Assembly (NCBI GenBank): GCA_039621445.1
Contig: CP154954.1
Span: 2,480,001 to 2,544,000 of the forward strand
Direction: 5' to 3'
DNA from: Euglena gracilis
Taxonomy: Eukaryota
DNA length: 64,000 bases
Position numbers and translations under genes: made by a program. The notes under the pieces are model-generated. The model had not been told where the DNA came from, did not search any database, and saw only the letters and a list, made by a program, of their open reading frames with translations. Shown here piece by piece: positions 23,341 to 37,244 of the stretch; positions within the stretch are counted from its first letter, which is position 1; the number at the start of each line of letters is the position of its first letter.

Positions 23341-26300
23341 GTTTTTCCCCCTGCGTTTTCTTTCACATTTGGAGTCAATTTTTTATGGATCAAACCTCTG
23401 GTTGGTGTGTATCCACAGAAAAGATTATGTACCGGTGTGCTCGGGGGCTCGACCATAGCTAGTCCAACTTTTTTTTTTTTGGATTATCTGCAGTCGAGTG
23501 GAATTTCTAGTGGACCCTCTGTGGGGAGGGGGTCCACTAGCAGGGCTGGCTAGTGGTATTTTTTTTTCCTGGTGACTGACGCAAAGCACCAGAATCAGAG
23601 TTTTTTGACCCCCCAAACACCATTTTCAGCCACTTTCGGGATTTTTCGGGACAAAATCAGCCAAAAACAAATTAAAAAACACCATGGCACGCAGTTCCAG
23701 AGTTTGGGGGGGGGGGCTGAACCCTCCCCCCAGGGAGGGGGTCTAGATGGTGGCTTTTTCCCAGTGACTTGCTAATAAGGCCAATAGTCTAGCTGGCCAG
23801 TAACATGACTGGCAAACCCCCCTGTGGGATATAAGTTGGGGTTTTAAATCAAGGAGTTGTTGGTCAAAACACGACCCACCCAAGAACGACCCCAACGCCC
23901 CCAAAATGGCAGTTTTTGGCAAAATCTGTTTAAAGAATAACGGCTTTTCAATGATGGGCAGTCACAGGGATAAGCAAAAAAAATCAGTTTTGGGGATTTG
24001 CGGCCGAAAAAAAAAAGTCCAGATGTCTTTCAATTTTCTTCCAAGTCATAAGTCAGGGTTTGCCAGATCTTAACCCGGAGAGTGTATTTGTGGGAGGCTT
24101 GTGGACCTCAAAGTATATCCCACCCCCCACCCCTGGGGAGCTCGGCCGGACCCACCCTCCCCCCCCCCGGGTCCAAGACAAAAAAAAACCCTGTGCAGGT
24201 CACAGGTAGTTTTTTTCCCACTACCTGGCCCTGCTGGTGGACCACTGGGGGGATTCACCAGTAGGATTTCCACTGGCCAGATTTTGAACTGGCCGTAGTC
24301 GAGCGAGCCCCCCCCCCCCTCAGGGGCACTGTGAACCCTGAAAACAGAAACCTGACGGGGAGGTTGGAGGTTGGCCCCAGATCCCCCCGGGGCCTTCCAA
24401 GTTAAACAGAAACCTGGCCCTGGCTCGTTCTGTTTTGCCCAGGGGGAAAGCGTTGAAGGGCCAGGCAAGGCTTGTTTGGGCTGGGAAGAACAAGGCCGAG
24501 CGTAGATATGTAAAACCCGGCGTTTTTCCGGGGTTCATTTAATCAGTGTGTATTTCCCCCAAGTTTCTTCACGGAACTGTTTTTTTACTCGGACAGTATG
24601 TGCTTGGCTTGTCGGGTCTGTTGGTGTACAGGGGCAACAAAAAAGGGTGATGAAAGGTGGCAGGCTTGACCAATTTTCTCCCTTTGTTGTTGTTGTTGTT
24701 GCACCCCCCCCCCGAGAGCAAAAAATCCATCACCGTCCAGGTGCCCTTTGGCGGCTGGACTGGACAGGAAACCAAATTCGTCAATGGACCGGAAGGGGAA
24801 AAAATAGCTGGAAACAGGCTTCTGCGTAAGAACCCTGGGTTTTTGGGTCCCCCAGGACCCCCCCCCCCCAATTTCGACCCGTCCGAGAGTGCTGACACCG
24901 AGGCCGTCGGTTCCTCGGCGTCGCCCGGCGCTCATGCCACAAAATTTCCACCGGGTTTCTTTTAATTCAGAAGACCCCCCTAAGCGGGGTCCAGGCAAGA
25001 CCCCTGGGTTCGATCTGGACCAACCCCCCACCTGCCCTCCCGGGAGGGGGGGGGCAAATTCTCTTGAGATATGCCCTGTTTTGGGTCACAAATTGCAGAA
25101 GGGCAAGAAATGTCTACTATTTTGATTTATTTTGGTCGAAGATGAGGGCGTTTTTTCTCATTGGTTAGCGGGTCCTGGGGGGGTTCTGGGGGGGTCCCGC
25201 AACTTTTTGGCAAAAATTTTGCAGCACAAGATGAGGTTCTTTTGAAGATTCGGATGGACAAAAAAAAAAGGGGAAGGGGAAAATTGAAAACTCCTTTGTT
25301 GTGGGTTTTGTTTTCCCCCCCCCCCCCCGAGATTCGACCCCCGACCTGCCCTGAGAAACCGGTTCAGGAGGTTCGGGGCGGCTGCGAGGCCCGTCTTTTG
25401 GGTTCCACCCAGACCCCCCCCTTTTCGACTTTGAAGAGGCACCCCCTCGGGGTCGCGCTGCCCCCCTTCTCAGGGCCCCCTTTTAATTCGATCTTCAAAG
25501 ACCCCAAACCTGGGCCCCTGGGGCATCTCCATGTCAATATCTGAGCCTTTGTGCGAAATTAGGGAATTATTTTGATTTGTTTTGGTAGTGGACTTTTTTT
25601 TTTTGGTCATGAGCGGGGTTGGCGGGGTTTGGGTCCCGCAACTTTTTGGCAAAAATTTTGCAACAAGATGAGATGAAGGGGGGGGTCCGGGGGGGGGTAG
25701 CCCCCCCCCCCGGCAGCGGGCGCCGAAGGCGCCCGGAACTCCACGGTCAGTGGGTTATGTGGGTACCGCCCCCCCCCCGGTAGGTCCTGGGGGTCCTGGG
25801 GGGGGGGAACTGGCCATGACTCTTGGTTAGGCAATAAAAGGTGGTTTTGAGTGACTGATTCATCAACCGAGGTCACAAAGAAGGAATCAATGCCTTGTCT
25901 TCTTGAGTTCCAGGCTCAGTTGCCTTCGACACTCATCCCCAGAAAGCACCCGAAATCCAGGCACCTGAAATTATGATTAAATGTTAATATAACCTTCTCG
26001 TGTGCATTTTCCCCAAACCGGCCAATCATGCCATTTTTGGCGCTTGTTAGGGCAAAAAGAGTGAAAAATGCAAAAAAAGTTTTCAGCTAGAACCGCCAGA
26101 AGGAAAAACGCTTGAGTGCTGGTTACCCCCCCCCCCCCCCGGGTCGGTCAGGACCCCCTTGTCCAGCCAATCAGCAACTTTTTTCCAACCAGCAGCTTTT
26201 TTCCCAGCCCCGGCCCCTCCCCCCCCCCCCGCCAACGAGTTTTATTTGTTTCCAGCTGCCCAAAGGGTGGCTGGACAGTAACAGATTTTTCGCTTTGGGG

Positions 26301-27176
26301 GGGGGGGGCAAAAATGGGCCAAACCCGGGCAAAAAATGTGTCGGAAGAGGGCAATGATATTTTGCATAATTGGCAGTTTTTTGGACATTTTTTGCAGTTT
26401 CGAGTTTTTGGTGCCTGGTTCAACCCGGGTCCGGCCCAGTTCCAGCCCGGGACCCGGGGGGGGGGGGTCAGCCAGCAACCTTTTTCCAGGCCAGCCCAAG
26501 TTTTCCAGCCTCTGCGATGGACCCCCTTGATCCAAATGATGACCTAAAATGGCAACGGAGTGTGAGATTGCCAAAAATGTTTTTAAATAAGATAGGAAGT
26601 GTTTGTTGTTGTTGCTTCATTTCAGATTTTGCACTCCTCCTTTGACCATGAGTGCTTGCGGATCGGAGTTCTGTTTCAACCTTTTGGAGGAAATCGATGT
26701 GCATGCAGTTCAACGCTGATTGGTGGAAATTCAAAACCAGATTTTTGATTGGGAAAAAAATGGCCCCCAAAAATATGTTTCCATTGTTTCCATTTCTGTC
26801 AGCCCCTAAAAGGACTAAAATGGCCAACACCGCGTTAAATGACCTAAACCCCCCTCCAAATAGCCTGGCGGGGCCCTTGCTCCTGGCGGGGGCCGAATAA
26901 CCTGGCGGGGGGCAAAAAAAGATGGTTCCGGTAACTTGGCACCCCCCTTTTTAGGCAAATTCCTTCACAGCGCTGAAAAAAAAAAGAGAGCCCAAATAGC
27001 CTGGCATGGGGGAGGGGCAGGGCCAAAAGTTGGTTCCAATAACCTGGCACCCCGCCAGGGCATTGGGGGGGGGGGGGTCACAATGACCTCAAATGGCCCG
27101 AAATGATCCGCCCATACGGGGCCAAAAAGTCATCTTCGGATTTTTAGGTTTTTTTACGGCATTTGGGCCACTTTAG

Positions 27177-27287
27177 GAAGTGCCGATGCCCGTGGCCCAT
27201 CCCGTGCGGCGGCAGCTGGTGGCGCAGTACGCCCGGCACCCGGACTTCGACGTGGCCGACATCTTCGTGGGCAACCACAAGCGGCCT
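27177..27287 (+). CDS. Duplicate of the GT90-like exon at 1143-1253
   Basis: Same translation (ORF 27180 equals ORF 1146). Confidence 0.6.
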
Positions 27288-28505
27288 GGCCAGTGCTGCG
27301 GGGTTCGCCTCCGCGGGGTGGGGGTGGCGCACAACACCGCAGAGCACACCGCGCAGAAGCAAACTCACTTCGGGCCATAACACCGAAATCCGAATTGGAA
27401 GTTCCAGCTGTTTGTTTGGGCTGTTTAGGGGGTCAAGGCTTGAAGTCAAGGAGTTTTTGGCCCAAATCCAACTCCCCCAAAATGACCCTGAAACCAAATG
27501 GGCAATTTTTAGCAAAGTACAGCATTTTTGATGTTGGTCAGTCACATGGAAATGGCCAAAAATAGTTTGGGGGGGGGTTTCAACCAAAAAAAATCGTCCC
27601 CAGCGGCTTTCATTTTTCTTCGCTGGGGGTTTATAAATCAAGCTTTGGTTGGTCATCATGGGGGGGGGGGGTTATGAGTGGGGGGGGGTATGACAGTGGG
27701 GGGATTATAACTGAAGAGGCAGTTCCCCCCCCATTTATAAACCTCCCCCCTTCGGCTGACCAACCAAACCAGATCTCATAAACCCGGGGGGTTTGTGGGT
27801 TGGGGGGTTCCGTCCATCCTTTTGAACGGAACGGGGGACAATAGCTGTGTGATTGAGAACCACCCCAAGGGCCAAGCGTTGAGGTAATGCCGAAGGGGTG
27901 GAGGAACCATGAGCGGCAGTGGAAGCAGCACCAGTGGTATGGGATGGGGTCCAATTCGGCTTAAGCGACACCCTGGTCAGGATTCCAAATTTTCCGGGGA
28001 CCAAAGAAAAAAAGCCTGTTTTGCAATTGAAGATGTTGAGCGGGGCAGCCCAATTCCAACACACCATTGCCAGCTGACTTTTGGCCATTGTTTGCACCTC
28101 CCGGGAAAAGAATTTGTTCGGCGGCTGCTGCAAAATAAGTAAAGCGCGTCAATGGAGGGAGGGGTTGGAAAACGGCTGTTGGCTGGCTGAACGCCCCCCG
28201 GATGTTTCCATGATAAGCCCGACAGAATGACTTTTAAGCCGGAGGGTACCTGCTGACACGGGGGCCGACAGCCAGCATCTTTTTTTGAACCTCGGGCGAA
28301 GGGCGGCTGGACGGTTATGGAACTTTGGCTTTCGGCGGTGCAAAACTGGGCCGAAAATGGGTGTTGATTTTTTTGGCGCCCGGTTCGACTCCACGTTGTG
28401 CCCAGTTCCAGCTGGGGGACCCGGGGGGGGAGGCTAGTCAGCCAGCATCCTTCTTCCAGCCAGCCCAAATTTTTTCCAGCCAGGGATTTTTTTAAGTTTG
28501 GACCC

Positions 28506-28539
<34 letters not shown>

Positions 28540-29167
28540 GGCCGAGCCCCCCCGGGGGGGGGGTCCCCCCGGAGGGGGGTGGGATATACTTTTCGGCGCC
28601 TATGGCGCCGAAAAAATTCTATTCTTAGCACTTTTCGCGATTTTTCGGCCATTTTTTTCGGCCAAATAACCCCCCCAGGGCTAGTGGTGAAAAAAATTTC
28701 GCTGGAGAAAATTTGGACCCCCAAAACCTACCAAAATTGCAGAATTTGCGCCATTTTTAAAGTCATCAAACAAGACACATTCAAAACGTCATTTCTACCT
28801 GATGTGCAGCGCCAGAGGAATTTTTTTCCAGTCTGGGGGGGGGGGGCGGGTATGATGAAGAATTTACTCCAAAGAAGATAAAAATCTCCTCCGGCTGAAA
28901 AGTGTGCATATCAGGGGAGCTCTCGAGGGAACTTGCGTATGCAACTTGTGTTTGTATGTGTGTGTGTGTGTTTCGGGGGGTTTTTGCTTGTTTTGTTTGT
29001 TTTTTTTGCATCGCGTTTCTTTGAAGGTCCATGTTGTGCCCCCCCCCCCGGTTGTGTGTCAGGGTTTCGCCGTCAACCTCACGAAGGAGTGAGTGTGCCG
29101 TGTGCGTGGGAAATCGGCGCGGGTCCCACCCCCCCCTTCTTCACACGGGTCCGGGACAGCCCCGGCC

Positions 29168-29440
29168 GGCGGCCATCCGATGTACGCCAGCATATGGAGG
29201 ACCACGCCCGCTACCGCTTCCTGCTGGACGCCCCGGCGAGAGGGGCCGGGCCCGTGGCTGGTCGGGCCGGCCTTTCCCCCGGTGTCTCGCCGCCTCTCCC
29301 GCGGCTGCTCCCGGTGCGTCTTTCCGGAAGAGGACTGGATGCCATGTGGCGGCCCTGGGGACATTTGGAGGCGGTTGAGATTGGGCGGGGCGAGACCTTC
29401 GGCAATGGAGCTTGCGCTCGGGCTGTACTCCTGTGCACCG
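29168..29440 (+). pseudogene. Duplicate of the frame-disrupted GT90-like exon at 3130-3400
   Basis: Same sequence including the agcatatgga lesion. Confidence 0.5.
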
Positions 29441-29545
29441 TTTGCGCATTCCTCGAGTTGCGCAAATATCCAGAAATTTTTTTTGAGAAAGTGAAAGTGC
29501 ATCCCCCCGTGGAACCTCCCCAAGAAACGCTGACCAGTCCTCATA

Positions 29546-32126
29546 CGAGCCGACGTATTTTGTCGCTTCGTGTCAAAAACTACGAGGAAATGGGTTGCCA
29601 GCCAAAAAAATATCACATTGGTTTTTTACTGCTGAATTTTATGAATTTTATGACTTTTTTTTTGACTTGCATCATTTTTATGATTTTTTGTTTTTGTTGT
29701 TGTTTTTCCGGTCGCCCAGAAATTGTTCTAAAGAAACGTTTTTTTTTTTGAGGGTCTTTGTCATGACTCATTCTGTTTCACTTGTGGTTTCTCCTCGGGG
29801 GGCTGAGGGGCCCCGCCAACACCGTCGCCCCGCTGCCCGCCCTGAAGGGCCACCTGCGGCCCTCCCTCAGGCTGTACCTCTCCCCCCCCCCCGGAGCCCC
29901 TCACGTTCACCGTTCTGTGGCAGCACAACCGCAACCCAACGAGTCAATGGCCAAATTCCCCCCCAAAACTCCCCAAGGACCCCTCCCCCCCCCCCAGGAC
30001 CCCCCAAGGCAGGGTCCTGGGGAGAACTGGCCATGTGTGACTGCAACACAGCGACGTCGTTGGAAACGGCCCAGGTGGGTCCCAGACCAAGCTGCTTTTT
30101 GACTCAGAGTCACCCTGGGCCATGGGAGTGGTGGGTGGGTCCAGGGCTGACCCTCCCCCGGGAGGTTGGTGGTCCCGCGCCCCGGGGTCTGGGTATGGGT
30201 CGAGCCGACGTATTTTGTCGCTTCGTGTCAAAAACTACGAGGAAATGGGTTGCCAGCCAAAAAAGTATCACATTGGTTTTTTACTGCTGATTTTTATGAA
30301 TTTTATGACTTTTTTTTTGACTTGCATCATTTTTATGATTTTTTGTTTTTGTTGTTGTTTTTCCGGTCGCCCAGAAATTGTTCTAAAGAAACGTTTTTTT
30401 TTTGAGGGTCTTTGTCATGACTCATTCTGTTTCACTTGTGGTTTCTCCTCGGGTGGCTGAGGGGTCCCGCCAACCCCGTCGCCCCGCTGCCCGCCCTGAA
30501 GGGCCACCTGCGGCCCTCCCTCAGGCTGTACCTCTCCCCCCCCCCCCGGAGCCCCTCACGTTCACCGTTCTGTGGCAGCACAACCGCAACCCAACGAGTC
30601 AATGGCCAAATTCCCCCCCCCTCCCCAAGGACCCCCCCCCCCCCAGGACCCCCCATCCAGAACATGTGTAGCGTTGTGTTCAACCAGATGTTTTTTCAGG
30701 TTTTTTTGTGGTCCAGCTGATTTTTTTTGGAGGGTTGGGCCATGGGTGGGTGAGCCTGTGCCCTACGAGGAAAAAGACAAGAAAGTTGTCCAGCCAGTTA
30801 GGTGGGATCATGGTTTTTGACGCCGCACATCGTTCTGGGAATCCCCGCCCTTTCTGAAACGTTTTTTTTTGTACTCCCGTCCCTGGGGGGCTGGGTTGGC
30901 CTGCAAAAATCCCAAGTCCCTCACCCCCTGAATTTGTGGGAGTCCCAGTTTTTGGCAACCTCGGTGTGTTCGGGGTCTCGTTTCCCCCCACCCCGTTGTG
31001 GGGGGACCTCGTGACGCAGACCCAACTCGTCATGCCCTGTTGTTATTCCCGTGGGGTCATGGGTTTTTGAACGTCTGGGTTGGGCTGTCCTTTTTTTTTT
31101 CCTCGAGGAATTTTTTGACGTTTTGGTAGACAAAAAAAAGTACACATTTTGCTGAACTTTATGAAAATTCATTTTTCGATTTTTTGTTTTTGTTGTCCCC
31201 CCCTGGAAACTTCAGTTCTCATTTGGACTGAGGCCCCCCAAAACTCCCCAAGGACCCCTCCCCCCTCCAGGACCCCCAAGACAGGGTCCTGGGGAGAACT
31301 GGCCATGTGTGACTGCAACACAGCGACGTCGTTGGAAACGGCCCAGGTGGGTGCCAGACCAAGCTGCTTTTTGACTCAGAGTCACCCTGGGCCATGGGAG
31401 TGGTGGGTGGGTCCAGGGCTGACCCTCCCCCGGGAGGTTGGTGGTCCCGCGCCCCGGGGTCTGGGTATGGGTCGAGCCGACGTATTTTGTCGCTTCGTGT
31501 CAAAAACTACGAGGAAATGGGTTGCCAGCCAAAAAAAGTATCACATTGGTTTTTTACTGCTGATTTTTATATTTTTTTTATGAATTTCTTTGACTTGCAT
31601 CATTTTTTCGATTTTTTGTTTTTGTTGTTGATTTTCCGGTCGCCCAGAAAGTGTTCTTCAGAATTGAGGGTCTTTGTCATGACTCATTCTGTTTCACTTG
31701 TGGTTTCTCCTCGGGGGGCTGAGGGGCCCCGCAAACACCGTCGCCCCGCTGCCCGCCCTGAAGGGCCACCTGCGGCCCTCTCTCAGGCTGTTCCTCTCCC
31801 CCCCCCCGGAGCCCCTCACGTTCACCGTTCTGTGGCAGCACAACCATCTGCTGCAACACGGCGACCCGCAGAACCCCGGCCATGGCCTTTTGGGTTGGTG
31901 GCGAGGAGCGGTGTTAAGTACGTGGGCCCAGGGCATGGTGAGTGTCCAGAGGGTCAAAGGAAGTGACTGAATGCATTTGGGACAGCTGAATGGAGGTTTA
32001 AAAAAAATCCCCCCGCATACTCAGGATGTGATTTCACAGGTTAATTCATCTCGTTTTCGAAGTTTTTTTTGTGAAGAAAAAATATTTTTTTGACATAATC
32101 GTCATTCTTTGCACCCTTCCTGACAA
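29546..32126 (+). repeat. Third cluster of the ~650-bp array
   Basis: Anchors at 29546, 30201 and 31473, plus one noisy unit between the last two. Confidence 0.9.
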
Positions 32127-35100
32127 TCTAATTTCTCACACAATTTCCATTTTATTATTTTTTTATTTTTTTGCAAGGGTGGATTTATCTTCTCCCATTC
32201 GCCTCCCTCCCCCCGGAACGTGGTTGCTGTTTTTTTTTTTTTTTAGGACGGACACACACTGGGGGGGGGGTCTCCATGGGGGGTGCTTTGGCCAAGCAGT
32301 GCCAAAATGTCCAACTTTAGGTGCAAAGTCTGTCATTCCACCGTTTAGGTGGCAGGTGCCCCCCAGACTGAATTTTGAATTTTTGGTGAAATGCCCCAAA
32401 CGGCCCGGAATTTGTTTGGGGGGGGGGTCCCAGCCCCCCCTCTTCAGGGGCTCGCACCGGGCTGGGTGGGGGGAACACCCCCTCTCTCTCTTCGTATACA
32501 TTAATATATATATATATATCAAAAACTTTTGTTGTATTAAATAGCCCAAGTCCACTAAGAAGGAAGGTCCAAACCACCCCCCAAATGTCAGCAACCTCTC
32601 CAAATCTAAGCAGAACCAAATTTCAAGCAACCCCTGAAATTAGGTGAAAAGAAGAGAAAATGCAGGAAAACAGCAGAGTGCCCGACCATGATATACGGGA
32701 AACACGGTGGTTTCGCTGGTGTAATTCCCTCCGTTGTCTTTTTGTTGTTGCGGTTCTCAAAGGTTGAAGTCATTTTGGCATTGCGAAAATGTCCGACGAA
32801 TTTTGTTGGTGCTTTATCAATGTTGAACCTGTACCCCCCCCCCAACCCCCCCCCCCCCCCCCCTCCCGCCTGGGGGGCCCTACCTGCCCACAGCCCCCCC
32901 CCCAGCGTTCAAAAGAGCATTTTGGGAGCCGCTTTAGGTTCCCGAAACGTTGTCGGCATGGTGTGCCGGGACTGCTCCCCAGGTGCCCACTTGGTCGAAC
33001 GTACGCTCACACACGTGCAAAAAAAGCCAGGGCCCTAGAGACCCCCAGGCTGTTTTTTTCTTCAAGGGAGGGCACACCCCCTGGAACCCCGCCCACACCC
33101 CCTGCACGACGTTTTTAAGGAAATTTTTTTACAGGAATTTTGGGCTCTTTTTAAGGGAATCGTTGTTACTCTTTTTTGGGAAACTTTGGTTAAAATCGTC
33201 TGCGAGACATTTTTTTTTTACCATTGTTGGACCGGCACCGGCAACGGGTTTCTGAAGCAGGAGGTTGCTGGGGGGGGGGGTTGGTCTGAGGCGGACTCTG
33301 CCGTGAGGCCCAGCCCGGAGGCCTGGGGATGGCTTCGGTGCAACGTGGAAAAGTTTGGTTTGGAGAATGCCTTTGGATGGCCAGATTTTCGGGGGCCCCT
33401 GGGGGTGCCACGCCGGGGCTGGCTGGCCGGTCCCTCCCCCCCCGCAGGCGGGAAGGTTTGACACAACCTGGACAAAAATAATGATGATGGGGAAACAAAA
33501 ATAAGGAAAATACATGATGGGGAATCGTCGAGCAGGTGCAAGGCGAAGCCTTCTCAACAACGCCAGAAGTAGGGTGCCATTGAACGGGCCTTGTGTGTGT
33601 GCATGTGTGCGTGTGTTTGTGCGGGGGGGCTTTATGTTCACAAACACATGTATCCCATCTGTCAAGTAGAATGTGTTAGTGCATTTGTGTGTGTTCGTGC
33701 AAAACAGTAATTTTTTTTGCCCACAGGCATCACATCACGGCTGTCCCCCCGAAGGACCAGGGCGGTGGCAAAGGCCGGAGGCGTAGGTTGGGGTTTCCTC
33801 TAGCAACTGTTCATCGTGTCCATGCATTTTGTGTACACTCCGTTTCTTTTTAATCTTGATGATAAGTATGTTCTGTAAATATCCCACAGCAATGTCGTCA
33901 CAAGTTGCTTGTACCTCACTCGATTTATATTCTCTTTTTTTAATTTGCATTTTTTGAAACTTGATGAAAATTTCATTAGCAAACGACAAAGTCAGTCAAG
34001 TTGGAGTTTTTTCGGCTTTTGAAAGAAGACTCTCTTTGCTTTTTCCTTGTCTCACCTTTCCAAAATACCCCCCCCCCAAAAGTGGGCACCCCCCACCGGT
34101 CTTTAAAAAACTCCTGCGCATGGGGCGAGTTGCCAGCGCTGATTATGGGCATCCCCCCCCAAGCCCTCTTAAGGAAATTACCTTACGGGAAAAATGAACG
34201 GGTGCCAACCCAACAAAGGTTGCTTGTCGGGGCGAAGCGGGGCCACTTTGCTCCAGGGTGCTTTTTTTTTCAATCGCCAACTTTCTTTCCTTTCTGTTCC
34301 CCGGCGACCTGCCTGACGGATTTTCAAAATTTTCACTTTCATCGCAGCAGGAAAGGAAGCTGCCATCGCCCAGAAAGCATCTGAATTTTTGGGTATAGGG
34401 AGGGCAATGGCGAAGCGAAGACGCCATCCCTAAGAAAAGCAACCGCTCGGCCGAAATGGGGGTTTTGTGAGCCAGCCTTTTTGTTTCGAAGATGGCCCAC
34501 GCCCGCTTGGGCGGTGCCGCGGCCCCGAGAAGGCTCACCAGGGCCGTTCATGTTTCCTAGAGGGCCGGGAAGCCGAAATACAGGCTGTTTTTTTTTTGGA
34601 ACCGCCGCGAACGAAAACGCCCTGCCGGACCGGACCGTCCCAGGCGCCACGCGGCTCACAAGTCCGACACATTCAAAGCCGGGCGAGCAGTGCTGAAAAC
34701 TCACCACTCACTAGGGCTTTCCAGAGTGTCGGCCAACCAAAATGGTGTAAATTTTTGGACTCGGCGCCCTCAAAAACCCCCTGCTGCAACCTGTCGGCGA
34801 TTAACCGGACCTTGGGGTGTTCTCTCATTGGGAAGGAGGAGGACAAAAAAGTGGTGGATCTCCAGCACTCAAAAACTCAAGTTTCTTTGTGAGTTGGCAG
34901 GCCGGAAAACACACCCCACATAGGTTTTTGGGGGTGCTGAGTCCAAAAAAGTGGGTCATTTTGACTCACTTTTTGTTTTGAGAAACTCGATTTTTTCCAA
35001 ATGCGACACATCTTGGCGATTTGCGCCCGAAAATTTGAGGGGAAAACCAGGAAAAACGTCCAGAAAATCACATTTAGGTGTGAGCTGAAAATCTGCTGGG

Positions 35101-35142
35101 GAAAAGTGGAGGCCACTCTCCATTTTCTGGGTCGCAAAACTC

Positions 35143-37244
35143 GACAACAGCTGCCGGTGCGGGTGTACGACACTCGCATCCCGAAGGAGTGGCTGCTGCA
35201 GCTGGCAGCCGACCTCCGACGCCTGGACGAGTCCGACCAGGCTTGGGTGGTGGGAGGCGATTTCGCCTCGGGAGCCGACCTGACCGATGCGGACGTCGCG
35301 GCGTGCCCCGACTCGAAGCGATGGTCCGACGAGCCCCGCCATCTGGTGATCCCGCCGCGACCTCACCTGCGGGAGCTGGTCTTGGCCCTGCGGCGGCGCG
35401 CCGAGGTGGAACACCCAGCGTCGCTGATCTCTTTGGCGGTCCTCGTGGATCGCCACCGGTGCCCTGCCGACTTGGACGTGGCCGCCTTGCGTCTCGAGCT
35501 TAGAGAGGCTGCTGCCGCCCTGTTCGACGACCCCCGCTTGCAGGTGGAGGTGGTGGCCTTGGCTGAGCGTGCGCCGGTGCTGCGCATCCCCGCCACGGTG
35601 AAGTGCTTGCCGCCTGAGAAGTGGGAGCCGGGGTTCCTGCCCCGCAGTCAAGTGCTGCTCTTCCTCAACCTGCGGCGCCCCGCGGCTGGAGTGGAGGTGG
35701 CCAACCGCTGGGTGCGGGGGGCACTCCCCGACCCGGAGCCGAGCGGCTTGGAGCTGCTGCGGGTGGAGTTCCAGCTGCCACCGACAGTGCGGCAACGGAA
35801 TGCGGAGCGTGAGCTGCGGCGCGCGCTGGGCAAGCTGGCTGGCGCGGTGGGCGTGGTGTTCGGGGCGGCCCATCGCGTGCAGGGTCTGCAGACCCTACAC
35901 AGTGGCGAGGTCCTCGCCATCCTCGTCGTGCCGCGGGCGGAAGCGCTGCTGTGGATGCGCGGCAGCGGCAGTGGCGGCCTGTTCATTCGGCCGTTCTGGA
36001 CGAAGGAGACGGCACCAGCCTTGCAGCGGGAGCAGTTCAACCTGCTGTACCTGCGAGGCCGGAGGGCGGATGCCGCAGCGCTGTGGGACGCCCTTCACGA
36101 CGTGCCGGGTGTCGTCGGTCTTCTCCCTGCGGAGAAGGACCTCGCGGTGCGGATCAGCGTGCGGGGTGGGGCAGACCCTGCGGTCATCCAGGGGAAGGTC
36201 CGCGCGGTGCTGAACGACCCCAATGCGGCCCTGCGGCAGCCCACGCCTGGGGCGTCGTGGTGGAGGCTGGGCCCCCTGACGGACGCCGACGTCTTCCGAG
36301 TGCGGGAGCTCATCGCGATGGTGGGCTTGGACCCTCTCCGGGGTGAAGTGCGTCTCGGTGCTGCGGGGCCATTCCGCCGGGTGGCCTTCTTCCAAGCGGC
36401 TGGGCAGCCAACGCGGACCTCCCTGGACGATGGTGGCTGGGGGCAGCGGTCCTGCAGTGCGCAGTTGTCTCCGGCCAGTCCTCCACAACGACGCCCGCCG
36501 ACTGCACGTACTCCGTCAACTGCCCGGCCAGCTCCCTCGCAGAGCTCTGCAGCGCCTGGCCTGCCATCCTCGTCGACCTGGGGTGGTGCGCGGAAGATTT
36601 CCGCTCCGCGGCAGGCCCCCGCCACCAACCATCGACAGTCACCACCGTCGCAGCCGTCGCGGGCGCCACGACCGCCGGATCCTGGCCAATCTCCGGCATC
36701 TCTACTGCCAGCACCAGGTTCTCGTGCTGCTCGCCGTGCGGCCAAGAAAGCGTCGGTCACCGAGATCGTCCCCTTCGTGGCTCCGGCTTCCCCCTCGTCA
36801 TCCCCCTTGGATGCTGTGCTGGCAGAGATGCGGGCTCTGCGCCAGGCTATGGAGCGGCAGCAGTGGCAGCTGGAGGAGCTGCGCCGGGAGAACGCCGACC
36901 TGCGGGCCCAGCTCGCGGCGTCGCGACGGGGGCATGCGGTGGGGCACGCCGAGCACTTCCAGCATCAGCCGTACGCCCTCCCGTCTCCTGCTGGTGTCCC
37001 TGTCCCTCATCGGCCGGATGCTGCGGCGCTGTTGAGCCAGGATGAGCGGGTGGCGGCCGAGCTGGCGGCAGCCCCGACAACTCCTCGAGGACAGGTGGTG
37101 CCCTGTGGAGGTGCCCTGCCGATGGAGGGCCCGGAGGAGGACAGCCGCGGTCGCACTCGGGATGCTGGCGAGCTCACCCCGGAGAAGCCGGCGCTGAAGA
37201 AGCCAGTGCGCGCTGCCTCGGAGGGGGCGCGGCGCGATGCCTGA
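35143..37244 (+). CDS. LINE ORF1 (N-terminally truncated); possible RRM-like segments and a C-terminal coiled coil
   Basis: About 700 open codons directly upstream of ORF2. Heptad-like LDAVLAEMRALRQAMERQQWQLEELRRENADLRAQL. The first 47 codons of ORF 35001 are host sequence. Confidence 0.8.

Larger units (their letters stand above)
26029..35142 (+). repeat. Segmental duplication, copy 2 of 1-8473
   Basis: Near-identical; carries an extra degraded array unit (~30655-31235) and a 5-nt insertion near 34518. Confidence 0.95.

Noticed and set aside
35001-35142. ATG at 35001 as the true ORF1 start
   Set aside because: This segment is duplicated host sequence matching ~8332-8473, not LINE.
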